From NCBI GenBank assembly GCA_053919585.1, contig CM132796.1: 64,000 nucleotides of DNA, one strand, 5' to 3'. The notes below the pieces were generated by a model, which searched no databases, was not told where the DNA came from, and was given only the letters and a program-made list of their open reading frames with translations. Of this stretch, positions 51,215 to 64,000 are shown in pieces. Made by a program: the position numbers and the translations under genes. This DNA comes from Euprymna scolopes. Taxonomy: Eukaryota. The first letter of the stretch is position 1. Every line of letters starts with the position of its first letter.

Positions 51215-51805
51215 AGTGGGCTACTATCAATGGCTAAAGACTGTACATCTTTTAAACTCCTCGGCCTACTGTTCACAGGAAACATGAGTTGGAACACTTA
51301 CATTGAGAGTATTGCCAGGACCGCTAGAAAGAAGGTAGTTTCTCTCTACCGTGCTAGAAAGCTTCTAAGGCTCGAAAGTATTCTGTATATCTATAAGGCC
51401 ACCATTCGCCCATGTATGGAGTATTGTTGTCATATTTAGACTGTTGCATCTGCCACTAGTCTCTCGCTCCTAGACAGGGTTCAAAAGAGAGTCGTCAATC
51501 TGATAGATTCTGAACTATTATCTAAGCTTTAGCCTCTGTCTCATCGACGAAATGTAGCATTCATTTGCCTGTTCTACAAGTGCTTTAACGGTTAATGCTC
51601 CGACGAACTGCAAGCACTTGTACCTCCTCGACGTAAATACCCCGGACAAGCCCGAAAAGCAGCTAAATCCCACCCCTTCAGAGTAGAGATCCCTAGATAT
51701 AAGAGAGCCTTCTACTCCAGTCGTTTCTTTCCCAGAACTGCTAGACTTTGGAATTCCCTTCCGGATCTTTACTTCCCCAACTCTACTGACATGCAGAAGT
51801 TCAAA
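51215..51805 (+). mobile_element. CR1/Jockey-group LINE ORF2 C-terminal fragment inserted in satellite flank
   Basis: LLGLLF..NMSWNTYI, IYKATIRPCMEYCCHI, LDRVQKR, LSHRRNVA. Confidence 0.9.
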
Positions 51806-53308
51806 TAAATTAAACACCTACATAGAGTAAAAAAAAACAAAAAAACAAGAAAGTAATCAACCAAAAAGTGTAAACAAAAACAAAACAGCATAATAAACAA
51901 TCCAATCAAGTTAACCATAGTATTTAGTGAAGCAAAGTAAAAAACGAAATTGAGTAAGAAACTAACCAAAGTAAATAACCGCAGAGTAAACAACGGTAAA
52001 TAAAGTTTGTGTTATTATTCGTTATGAATTCACTCAAAAGCAAAACGATTAATAAAATAATTTTGTTCATATATTTCCGATTTTTTTTACTTTTCATGAT
52101 ATCCAGAAAATCTTTTTTTCGTTTTCATTTTTATTATTTTTATAATTTATTCTTAATTTATTGGTTCATTTAATCACTGTTTGTGGGGTTTTTAATATTA
52201 TTATTTGTCTTTTCGCTTAATTCATAATGTTTGTTTGTTGCCTATTAAATTTATATTGTATCGTTATTTTTGTTTCACAAATAAATAATTTAAAATATAA
52301 TATCTTTTCGAATAATCGACATTATTTTTCGTCCTGGGTTAACGAAGAAATATTCATCTAACGCTGAAATAATTTTAATTTATGCCACAATCCAGTCGTT
52401 TATCAGAGACGGATTAAACTTATAACTAACTCACTCATAGTATGAAGGCACGTAAATAGAAATGCATGTAATTTCATACATAACAATAATTTCTACCTGA
52501 CAAAAAGATTAATATTGTAATTTAATAAACACACCCACCCACATATATCTATAATATTTTAATTAAATATTAACAATTATTTTTATAAATAGAGACACTA
52601 ATTTTTCCTGATTATATCCTATACTATACAAGTTCTACACATTTGGACGAAGTAGACGAAGCATATATTGACGAATCTAGACGCTTGGCATTCATAGACT
52701 GCCTTCGGGCGGATGTGGGCAACAGATCTCTCAACGTACCTTTGGCGGATTTCCAAGCCACAGGAACTCGACAACGGCATGTTCTAGCGTAAGGAGAATT
52801 ACACACGAGATTGAAAGCACCAAAAGACGATATAGGTTATGGCCATACTGGTTTAAATAATTCCGACGAATTTCTGCAGCTGGTGATCAGGATCAAACCG
52901 AACTATTTTAATTAAGGCATTGTTCGTGAAAAGCACTGTCTTATTGTCGGCATAGGTGACGTACGTTTTATTTTAACATTCGACTTAAGTAATGAATAAT
53001 ACAACTCAACTATAAAAGGTTATTGTAATAAGGGGGGTGAAGGTTTATATGACGGAAGTTCGACAGTAAGATGTTTGTTCAAATTACCTTTTTTTGTTTC
53101 TACAGCGTGGATGCATGCGAAATGACGTCGCTAGTAATAAAAAAAGACTATAAAAAAGGAGAAAGACGACGATCACGCGAGAGACTTGCAGCACGGAACG
53201 AGATAACGTTCGATATCACGTGAGAGAGTAGATGACGTTCAAGATCAGTTTAGGGAAGACAACCACGTGGGTGACGTCACGACCGTCACAATGTGGAAAT
53301 AAATTTCG

Positions 53309-53650
53309 TTAATTTTTATTTTATTGCGAACTATTATCCTCATCTTTATTAGTTGTTGTTTCACAACGTTTCGGCCAACTATTCCCCAGGCCTTCGTCCG
53401 GTAGTAACAGCGACGGGATAGGAACTCCGAATTTCCTCTGGCCGGCTTTGGCTTATTTGGCAAAAACGTGGTGAGATGATAACAACTACGGAAGGCAGTA
53501 ATTGCTGTGGATACAGTTAGGAGATTCAGAGTTCTTATCCGTCGCGGTTACCACTTGACGAAGGCCAGAGGAATAGTTGGTCGAAATGTCGTGAAACAAC
53601 AACTAAAAAAAAAGATGAGGATAATAAATCCGCAATAAAATAAAAATTAA
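53309..53650. mobile_element. Inverted pair of PLE-type repeats, each with a variant hammerhead
   Basis: Arms 53309-53437 and 53519-53650; hammerhead-like motifs at 53361-53403 (-, core CGGACGA) and 53552-53593 (+, core TTGACGA). Confidence 0.75.
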
Positions 53651-54598
53651 TAAATAATACTCATCTCAATCATGAATTCTAATTAATATATAAATTTCAT
53701 TGTTTAAAAGAAAAGGCGAATTGAAGTACTTTTATATTCTTTTTCTATTTTGCGATTTAGTTTATAGCGTGTTCTAACGTTACAAAGGTTAGAGTTGTCT
53801 ATGAATTTTGGTTGGTTCTATGTTTAAAATACAACGGAAACTATTAAAAAGATCGATAAACCTATTTTTGTTGCGTATTATTGGTTTTTCTGTTCAAAAT
53901 TCTAATTTTTGGCGCTGTGATCCAATCAGCCTCAGTGGTAAGGGATAACCCCCAGAGGAGGGGTTAAAGAGAACTTAATTAGAGCTATGGTTGGAAATTA
54001 CCCCCCAAAATAGCCAGCGAAAGATGAATAAGACCTTTTTTATTTTAAGACAGGTCCAGAATGACTGCGGGTAATCCTGCATGTTAGAAAAAAATGGCGT
54101 GGTTGCCGATGTGAAATACATTTTCTTTGTAACGGAAAAAACATCAAAGTTAAGAATATGAAACAATATTGCTGTAAGCGTGATTATTTGGCGATACTTA
54201 GCCGATTGTTTGGGCTAAAAATTTGACCCAAGGGTCAAGGACTGAAGCCGCACGGTGCATGAGAAAATCGCCGAGGGGAACCTTTGTTCTGTGGAAATCA
54301 ACTTAATTGGAGTGTATGGGGAATGCGGTTGATTATCCAATCAAGATGAACCTAGGTGTAACGGATTGGACGATGATTGGTTAGATGGGAAACCCATGTC
54401 TGTTTCGACCCACACTACTTCTTTCATAAATAAGGCATACATAAGGCACTGCCGAGCAGAGAAAATCAGTTTTTTTTTAAACTCAGGTTTTGGAGTATGT
54501 TTGACTTGAAAGGAAACTGCCCATCACTTCCACACTCCAGCCCGTTCAAGAAAGCACTCGTCCTTTAACCGATTTATAAACAAGAAATCGGTTGTTAC

Positions 54599-54690
54599 TG
54601 GAAGTTACGATAGTCGATATTGTTTCTGGCATGAACCCGGACTTGATCTTGATAGACTAAGACCGCGTTCATCGACTATCGTAACTACCA
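54599..54690. repeat. Short inverted repeat (20-bp arms)
   Basis: tggaagttacgatagtcgat / atcgactatcgtaactacca. Confidence 0.7.
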
Positions 54691-54826
54691 GAAAAAAAGT
54701 TGTAATCGACATTTTCATTCTTTTTATTTTTAATTCTCTTGTAAAAAACTGTATATGATCATTTTTATTTTTCTCTTTTTATGAATAATGAATTTCATAT
54801 GAAAACTACAACCAGAGTCAGCGTCA

Positions 54827-54908
54827 ATTGTTGTTGTTGTTGTTCTTCTTCTTCTTCTTCTTCTTATTATTATTATTATTACTTACTTACTTACCTACTT
54901 ACTTACTT
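54827..54908. repeat. Compound microsatellite (tgt)(tct)(tat)(tact)
   Basis: Directly visible. Confidence 0.9.
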
Positions 54909-56158
54909 AAGGAGAAAAAATAAGTTGAATGATCTTTTTTTAGTGAATGAAAGAAGAGAGAAAGGGTCATCAACTGCTACATCCAGCGTCATATCAACCC
55001 TGTCTTCGTGAAAGCGATTGAGACCGTGTCGCAGAACTTTTGTGAATGTTCGAGCTGAACAACCTAGGACTACACTTGTACCGGTGTTGACACAGCGGTC
55101 TTCTTCGTTTTTTCATCTTAACTGAGGGAGCTCGAGTTTCTCGCACCATGTTATAGCGCTATACAGAAAAAATACGATATTTTTAAAAACATATATACTA
55201 ATCATATTGCTCACTCTCTTCACTCATTAACCCTTATTCTCGAGTTGACTCCGGCCCTTGATAAGAAGCGATTCCTCTGTAAAAGAAAAGGTAAAATAAA
55301 TTTGTTAATCAACTATATGTTTTTAATTCTTAAATACACGCTCGTTATATTTTTAAACTACTCCATTCGTGAAATGAGATTTCATTTCTCGACATCACAA
55401 AATTAATTTTATTTTCTTTGTTTTTAATTTCTTTGATACAGCAAGTTTTTGACTCTCGCAATCCTTCAAAATTAGCATGTATTTAATGGTTTCATCTTTC
55501 CACGCTTAGGTTGTCATAACGGGATTTGCATTATAGATAAATATTTAAGCCTTTAGTAAAATCTCATATCGAATATCGTACTCAGATATTAAAACGATTA
55601 ATATTAAAAGTGAAATGAGTACAAAAAGAAGTTACTAAACTAATAAAATAATTAATGGGGTTTATTATAAGAATACTAGCAGTGATACCCGTTGTTCGGA
55701 ATTGAATGAAGATTAACGAATCTTCCACANNNNNNNNNNNNNNNNNNNNNNNNNNNNNNNNNNNNNNNNNNNNNNNNNNNNNNNNNNNNNNNNNNNNNNN
55801 NNNNNNNNNNNNNNNNNNNNNNNNNNNNNNNNNNNNNNNNNNNNNNNNNNNNNNNNNNNNNNNNNNNNNNNNNNNNNNNNNNNNNNNNNNNNNNNNNNNN
55901 NNNNNNNNNNNNNNNNNNNNNNNNNNNNNNNNNNNNNNNNNNNNNNNNNNNNNNNNNNNNNNNNNNNNNNNNNNNNNNNNNNNNNNNNNNNNNNNNNNNN
56001 NNNNNNNNNNNNNNNNNNNNNNNNNNNNNNNNNNNNNNNNNNNNNNNNNNNNNNNNNNNNNNNNNNNNNNNNNNNNNNNNNNNNNNNNNNNNNNNNNNNN
56101 NNNNNNNNNNNNNNNNNNNNNNNNNNNNNNNNNNNNNNNNNNNNNNNNNNTGTGTGCA

Positions 56159-56336
56159 GGGCGTTTGCTCAGTTGGTAGAGTGCTTGCCTTGCATGCAAG
56201 AGGCTCGGGTTTCGAATCCTGAGTTCGGATGTGTCTAACTGATGAGCCCAAATGAGGGCGAAACTCGAGTCTTGGACTTCCGGTTCTTTGACTGTCATGG
56301 CTCTTGTGAGCTGCGACGTTGTTTGGCTGTGGAATT

Positions 56337-56338
<2 letters not shown>
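56159..56338 (+). mobile_element. tRNA-Ala(TGC)-headed SINE-like element carrying a hammerhead ribozyme
   Basis: D arm gctc/gagt, anticodon arm cttgc-ct-TGC-at-gcaag, T arm with ttcgaat. The acceptor 3' strand is replaced by a hammerhead; the element ends at a (TA)n tract. Confidence 0.8.
56233..56277 (+). ncRNA. Type I hammerhead ribozyme with canonical core
   Basis: gtctaa-CTGATGA-gccc-aaatga-gggc-GAAA-ctcgag-TC-ttggac; GUC cleavage triplet. Confidence 0.9.
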
Positions 56339-56410
<72 letters not shown>

Positions 56411-59106
56411 TAAAGTGTACGAATACAAAACGTTAATATACAAAAGGGAATGTATTATTTAAAGCCATTAGGGACTGGAAGCATACCACCCTCCACCAGA
56501 AACTATGTTCTACATTGTATAACGCAAAAAAAAAAAGATTGACATACAGTATAACGAAATATAACCACGTAGGAGAAAGTCTAATATTTTTTGGAAAGCA
56601 TTCAGTTCAAAACAAATACGACTGAGATATCGACATCTATTTTATTTTTATCTTTTGCGTTTTTATGTTTCTTTAGTTATATTTATTTTATTGTAGTGTA
56701 TTTTTGAATAATTACATGAGCAACTGTATGTAGTTATCAAACGAAATGCACGACATCTGTGTTCCGAGTTCGAATCCAGTTCGTTCCACAAAAATCACTT
56801 TCACTTAGGATGTTGGCATCCTTCTGGTGTTCCCTCAGGTAAGTACCCAATACATTTCTGGAAGAAGAACGTTATTGTGTAAACCAATGTCAACAATAGT
56901 AGAATCTTTGTTTTAATACAATGTGATGATGATAAACACCTCTTATTGAGAACACGGTGAATTTCATATTTTATTTATACTCTATATTGAAATCGATCCA
57001 GACAAGGCATTAAGCCACTAGAAATGTCTTATGTGAAGGTGAACTGGCAAGCTTCTGCTGGGGACATCCATATTTTTCTGAATTTTTAATGACGTTTTTT
57101 TTTCAAAAATTTTTTTTTTTTTCAGTAGTGTGGAAAGAAAACGAAACCCAATAATGTGGAATTTTATAATGAAGCAAGGGTTGTCTACTCACTAACCGTG
57201 TCAATGTATTTCTGTATTAATTTGAAAATACTTCTGATCCCTTTTCCAAAAATGGCATATTCTTTTTTTTAATTATAGTGCCGATAGCAAGGAACGAAAG
57301 AAACCCAGTAATGTTGACATTTATAGTGGAGCAAGGGTTGCCTAATCATTAACCAAGACAATGTATTTATGTGCTCATATGGAAATCCTAAAAATGACTT
57401 TATTATTATTTTTTTTTTATTATGGTGGCCTTGGTGGGAACAGAAATTATTTCATATATGTTGTACAATAACTGTGGAGAGTATGTTAAATTGTCTCATA
57501 TATGCATTTAAATTACCCTCCGAGAGTAGGTAAAAATATTTTAAATATGTGTTGTACATTACTCGTCCTAGCAAATTTAAAATTCTTTCATATACGTGCT
57601 GTAAATTACCCATCTTAGAGAAGGTACAATTATTGCATACATATGTTATACCCATCGTAGCGTAGGTAAAATATTATTTTGCTCGAGATATGGAATGCAC
57701 ATAGGCATAAAAAAAAATTCTTCAAGTCTAATAATAATAATAATATGATCAGAAATAACATATACGGTCCCGAGGAACGCCGGGTAGCCCTGGTAGTTTC
57801 ATATAAATCAATGTCATGTCTTCCAATACCATTTATGTGATTAGCGTTGAAAATATATACAGCACGTAGCAATTCATACATAGCACAGCAATTTACAGAG
57901 ATTCCGAAATAAAACAATTTTAGGCAACAGCCAAAATGGCGATAGTTAGTTATCTCATAGTCAATAGTTGGTTTCCGTAATTATTCTTAGATTTGAAAAG
58001 ATTTTTATGTAGTATTTTCAAAATAGTTGTATGATAAACTATTTTAAAAATAAATTTAATTCATTTAGAAACAATGGTAATAAATACATCTACAGAGGCA
58101 TTTCTGAGGACTATTTAATGAAATCTTTAGAATGCTTTGATTCTGATATATTTAATTTTAAATTTCCTATGAGATCAGAGGTTTTGAAGTTGACATAACA
58201 TTATTGATTAAAACAAGAGTTTCTAAAAGAAATATAAATGCAAATGTTATTCATAATAATATTGGTTGACAGAGTAACTTATGTAATTAAATTCCGCAAA
58301 TCAAATAATCAATTATCATTCCTCTCGCATCTGGTATTTTCTGCTAATGCTTAGCTGGTTTGTTAGTGAAATAAATTGGTGGTTATCTCATGTTACTGGG
58401 TAAAAAAAACTTTACCTAATTTGATATTAATTGTTCCAAAATCGAACGACACGTCAGAAAGAGAATTCTGGTATGATCGAAGCACTGTACTGTATTCTGG
58501 TAAGATCGAAGTCTGCATTTTGGAATATGATAATATTTCGTATTGATTTTGTTCGTACAAGGCGGGATCAAAACGTAATCACAGTAGGTCTGTGCATGTG
58601 CGTATGTCTCTGTGTAAATAATTAACCACTAAACTTTTAAACTACCAGGCACGTTACAGTGAAATTAATAGGAAACAGTAATCATACACTAGGGATGTTT
58701 TATAAAGAATAACATTTTGTTTGTCTGGATAGAAACACGTACAGAAGTTGAAATAAACAATTTCATTTTAACTTGCCGCTAGATTTGTATTAGTTTGCGC
58801 ATGCGTAAAAGTAATTATTGCTGAAAGTGGATTAATTCTAACATTTCTTCTATCTCTCTGTCGGGTAAGCTCAAAAGATAAGGAGCGCAACTGGGACGCT
58901 AAATGTTTTGGTTTCGATTCTAGCTGGTGGCACTCAAATCATTTGTTTTTGTTTTACGTTTTAAATAAGTACTATATATTAGGTACAATATAATATTCAA
59001 TACACAATAATAATAAATACGAAATTTGTACGAATTAAAATATATTTAAACGTATTTTACGACAAACAAGTTTGGGCACTCCCCTCCTTGTACCTCATAT
59101 TAAATA

Positions 59107-59371
59107 TTTTTATAACGCGTTTCAAGTCTTGCTTAGCTCTAGATATTTTTTATATGAAAGTTTTTTTTAATTAAAATTTTTGAAATTTCTTCCTGGAAAA
59201 TATTTTATTTCTGCTAGCACCGATGGTGTTTCTAAAAAGATTGTGAAACACAATCGGTGCAAGCAGAAATAATTTTTATGCAAAAAGAAATCCCATAAAC
59301 TTTTAACTAAAAAACAAATTATATGAAAATATCTGAAGATAGCTGAACAAGGCTTAAAACGCGCTATAAAA
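59107..59371. mobile_element. Fold-back / MITE-like long imperfect palindrome
   Basis: ttttataacgcgttt...atttctgctagcaccgatggtgtttc mirrored by gaaacacaatcggtgcaagcagaaat...aaacgcgctataaaa. Confidence 0.8.
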
Positions 59372-59418
59372 CTATTAAAAAATATTCAAAAACGATAAAA
59401 GACCGAAAAACCTAGAAC

Positions 59419-59504
<86 letters not shown>

Positions 59505-59751
59505 TTTCTCTCCCCTCGCAGTGCTTTTTTAATTGCTTTGTAATGGCTTTATTAAATTAAATTATTGGTTTTAGTTGTCCGTTTTTTGGCACCTTTAGTT
59601 TATAAAGGATCCCCCTTTGCTCCTTTTTTTCGTCATTAATATTATTTAACTGTAATCGATTTCTCTTGATGAGATGATGACCAATGGGGCTCTTAAGATG
59701 TTTCCGCTTATTTTCAAATATATTTGTAAATTCTGTACCACCAAACATTTA

Positions 59752-59801
<50 letters not shown>

Positions 59802-59802
<1 letters not shown>

Positions 59803-60800
59803 TAGCTGTACCCTGCCACGCGTTGCTGTGGCTCAATTTGGTGTAATGAAAAATTCCAATAAAAAGAGAAAATGCATGTTTCTTATATTCTTAGTACAGC
59901 AATCCACTCCAAAAAGTAAAAAAAATGAAAAGAAAATAGTACTCTTACAGAATTGGATCCTGATCCTCGGGATTACCGTCAATCATAGCTTGGGCTCAAC
60001 CAACAATCACTCGATAAAGCTGAACGTAGAAAAAATTTGGAAACGCTAAATGTCTTTTTTTGTTTTCTGTATACAAAAACGTGAATTAGTAATTAATATT
60101 TGAGTGATGGGGGGGGTACTATACACAGATTCGAAAAAAGTTGTCCAAAAGCAATTAAATGAAAGCAAAGGTAAGGTAAGTTACGTTTCTACCTAACTGG
60201 ATAATTGTTTAGTGTTTTTATGTAATGTAAAATGTTTAATCGGCTGGAAAAACAGAAATGGTTGCAGAATCTGTTGAATACGTTAAGTTTGGGAAAGTAA
60301 GTTGAAAACTAAAAACTATACAATACAGTGTCAAAAATCCACCGAATATATGTTACCATGACATAGGCTGATATAATCCGTGGGTTTCTGACAGTATTTT
60401 GTATAGTTTTTTTTTTAGTTTTAACTCACTTTCTCAAACTTAACGTAATCAACAGTGTCCGCCACCATTTGTATCTTTCAAATACACCGATAAACACTGT
60501 TTTTCGAGCTGACTAAACGTTACATTGTTATCAAAGGCAAGAAAAGTAAATGTTCTACCTAACTGGATAAGATTGTAGTGTTTTTGTGTTATGTATAATG
60601 CTTAATCGGTTCAAAAACATGCAGTGTTTATCGGTATATTTGAAAAATACAAATGGCGGCAGACTGTATCGAACACATTAAGTTTGGGGAAATTTTGGGA
60701 AAATGAGTTTAAACTAAAAACTATACAAAATACTGTTAGGAACTCACTCAATATATGTTACTGTGACGAAGGCTGACATATAATCAGTGGTTTTAAACTT
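59802..60800 (-). mobile_element. Non-autonomous Helitron-like element 3' part with internal inverted repeats
   Basis: Minus strand ends gccacagcaacgcgtggc-agggtacagCTAG|t next to (TA)n; the upstream limit is uncertain. Confidence 0.6.
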
Positions 60801-61624
60801 TTGCTCGATACAGATGACGACTTTTAAGAGTCCCTTTTAGTGATTACTTGGTTTGAGGATATTATACAACTAAACAGTAAATCTGCCACCCAAATCCGGT
60901 ATTATTTTACTTTAAGACCCGTCTTATGTTCGTTTTCAACGAAATATTTTATTGTAGATTTCAGTGGACTAAAAACGAATCTGCGAACCGTTTCCGTCGC
61001 AAAAAGAATGTTTTCATGATATGAAGAAATTACTTTTTCGAAAAGTGGGTGATCACTTTTCAATGTAAATTTAACTTAGAATGACCAACTACTTTCCGGC
61101 CACCTAAGAGAGGGCCAAAACACCCCCCGCCCCGCCAACCAATTTAAACAGGTAATTTTAAAGGATTTTCCAAGAGTAGAAAGAAAGCCCCCCCCCCCAA
61201 AAAAAAATCGTGGCCACAAAGTGGGTGATCATTTTTCGTTAACTTATTATGGAAAAGGGGTTCTTCACTTTTTTAAACTAACATTTTTTCATATTTTGGA
61301 AACTTCTCGTTTGCCTTAATTATAAATGTCATTTTCGTTTTCAGCGACATCGAAAACCTAGAAGTGTGGTAATTTTAAAGGAATTTTCGAGGGTGGAGTA
61401 ATTCTTCATACTTACCTTCTTTTTTTTTCCAATAAGATAAGAAATTAAGAATTATACAGATTTATTTTAGGTGGGCTTCGCCAGGAAAACTTTTAAAAAT
61501 AAAAAAGTAAGATAAAAAAATGGTGCTAGTGCACTTACCGATTCGCGCTATTTTTTAAATCGTATTTCCAAGTTTAATTAAAGTTTTATGATATGTTTTA
61601 TTTATTCAATTGTAAGGTTAAAGT

Positions 61625-61682
<58 letters not shown>

Positions 61683-61986
61683 ATTTTAAAAATAGGGATT
61701 TTTTTACCCATCTATTAAATAGATAGTTAAATGTTGTAATGCGAAAGTCGTCAGCGTGTGGTGCACGTGAAAGGCTCATTTCTACCGAAAATGAAATGGC
61801 GGACAGTCTCGCAGTTAAGAAAAATATTTTTATTTTATTTAATATATTTTTTATAATTTGCGATCTTAATGCATGTTAATAACATGCAAACATTCCTTGA
61901 CTTTATAGATAAATTTTCTGAAAATTTCAATTAAATTGGTAACGTAGAAATATGGTTTTATTCACTTTGAACGAACCAAGAATTAC

Positions 61987-62036
<50 letters not shown>

Positions 62037-62260
62037 GTATATATATATATAAAATAGACGGTTCAATCAGTTAAACATCTTATACAAGATCGAAGCGCTC
62101 TATACAAAATCGCACTAGAATTTGGAGATAAACTAAACGACATTTATTCAGTATGTACAACCGATTAATCGAAAACAAATAAAATACAAAGCGAACAACT
62201 CTTGCTAAATTTAAATTTCCACAAATTGGTATAATTTAACAGTGTACGATTTATTATGAG

Positions 62261-62422
62261 GGCTATGACAACGGAATATTCTTATTGTTTTGACTCTTGG
62301 GTATAGATCCGACATAATTAATCAACCGAGAACCACATCAGTCTTGATAAAAGCATATAAGATATTAACAGATACACACTCGAGAGTCAAAACAATCAAC
62401 AGAATATGCTGTTGTCCTAGCC
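62261..62422. mobile_element. Small MITE with about 40-bp imperfect TIRs
   Basis: ggctatgacaac..attgttttgactct / agagtcaaaacaat..gttgtcctagcc. Confidence 0.65.
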
Positions 62423-63622
62423 TTATTTATTGTATATGAATATGTATCGTCAGTTTGACCTATCAAAACACGAGTAAATAAAAATGGCGATCGATTTTGT
62501 TTGATGATGGTAGCTAATTTTGAACAAAAATAATAGAAAAAAAAATCTTAATATACTATTAACCTAAATCTAGGGTTAAGAGAGAAGTAGTCATTCTAAA
62601 TATTCATTTAATGAATAAAACAATCGGAAAAGTGCACTCATGGGTCAGCCATATTGCATTTTTAGTCTCTCCAAGACAAAAATGGTATAGATGAAAAAAA
62701 TATGCATATGGTTAAGAAATAATTTCAGAATGTAAAAATTAGGCAAGTCGATTTTAAATTTATTTTTCTATTGCTTTTAAAATGTCATTCGTTTTGCATT
62801 TCGTTTGTTTTTGATTTCTTGGCTGTTAACTATACTGCATGCTTGTTAACTAGAAGGAACGTTCCAAACGCAATGGATCTTATATTTTTCAATTTCGATC
62901 GAGTGGATCAGATGAGATTGCAAATTGCATCGCTACGATAATTGAACCTATGCATTGATGTCCTTAAAGTTTCATCTATCTGTTGCAGATATTGGCAGTG
63001 CGGGTTTCTAAGAAACCAACTTCTGTTATGAACGTGCGCCAGAAACAGAGATGCGGCATCAAATTCATTCATTCAAAAAGAAAACTAAACCGATGACTAT
63101 TAACCGATACCTGTTGAACGTTTAGGAAGCCATTACAGCTGATGTCAGTACAGTTAGGAGATGGTTTCCCCGATTTTAGAGGGTCAACAGAGACGTGAGT
63201 GACAAAACGCACTACGTTGCCCATGCACAGCCACCACGGCATCGCTGGAAAAAAGTGCATTGAAATAATAAATTCAGAATAAAAACGTTCACTCGTCTTA
63301 ATGGTACTACTCCAGTCTTTATAGCTCTTCAACATTTTTCTTTTGTGAGTTTAAAATAGGATACATTATTTTGAAATGATATTCGTATTATTGGTAAATG
63401 TCAGTAGTTTTGTTTCTTTAAATGTTTAGCGACTAATTACCAACTCTAATGTGACATTTAAAAATCACACAATAAACTTTAAAAATTAATTCTGTCTCGA
63501 GAGTTTTCTTTTTCATTCTGGTTGTTTTAGTTATAAGCAATTATAAAACTGATGACCCGGAAAAAAGATGATCATATCCAGACAAGAAGAAAATGATGGA
63601 ATTGTAAATTAAAACAATTAAA

Positions 63623-63671
<49 letters not shown>

Positions 63672-64000
63672 ATACTAAAGAGATAAACGATAATGCTTTA
63701 AATAACATTGGTCTGCGAAGTTTCAACGGTAAAGCATCTGATAAGTGATTCTAGGGTAATTTGCTATGCAGAATCTAAAAATCACACGCATTTTGTTCAA
63801 TCAGATCACGTGTTTGAGATACGAGGCGGTAAAAATAATTAAAAGCGTCATTTAATGTTATTAATTCCTTTTAATTTTGAAAAAAAAAATATTGACAAAA
63901 GAAATATTTTTCTTGCATAGTTCAGAAGATAAAGAGGATATATTACAGAAAATCTAATCATGGATGAAGGGATTTTTCAGTAAATTTCTCTTGTATTGGG

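Noticed and set aside
52640-52900. Possible MULE transposase remnant (NLDAWH...VGNRSLNV)
   Set aside because: Short, frameshifted similarity only; needs a profile search
56159-56230. Functional tRNA-Ala gene
   Set aside because: The acceptor stem 3' strand is missing and there is no oligo-T terminator; it continues into a hammerhead
55582-56298. Long ORFs spanning N runs (also near 5.3-5.8, 6.2-6.5, 35.4-35.7 and 40.5-41.1 kb)
   Set aside because: Artefacts of gap characters
56725-56850. B-box-containing degenerate SINE heads (also about 45395-45450)
   Set aside because: Only gttcgaatcc-like motifs; A box and boundaries not supportable
62900-63335. Higher-complexity segment with an 88-aa minus-strand ORF, possible exon
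   Set aside because: No recognisable domain or convincing splice context; could be a transposon relic

Overview
AT-rich, gapped draft-assembly sequence from a eukaryote (animal-type repeat content; the taxon cannot be fixed from this window). I find no recognisable host gene. Nearly all long ORFs in the track come from N-gaps, microsatellites, satellites or decayed transposons. Mobile elements: a Penelope-like retroelement (RT + GIY-YIG, hammerhead-bearing terminal repeat), a near full-length mariner plus two other Tc1/mariner relics, many CR1/Jockey-group LINE fragments (one split by a 1.7-kb solo LTR), Gypsy integrase, RTE and Tx1/L1 relics, a 5.9-kb Helitron with both termini, several non-autonomous Helitron-like elements, and MITEs/fold-backs. 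There are also 99-bp and 33-bp tandem repeats. Two non-coding signals stand out. (1) A family of short, hairpin-rich, apparently retroposed units with a common GGCCT(T/C)GTGCC...AATAAA tail is joined to the U2 snRNA branch-point-recognition sequence at two independent loci (9787-9998 and 30047-31143); the second locus also holds a nested unit with a 5S-like head. (2) Five minimal hammerhead-ribozyme motifs are present, including a perfect-core one fused directly behind a tRNA-Ala(TGC)-derived Pol III head (56159-56338). All family assignments come from motif recognition by eye, not database searches.
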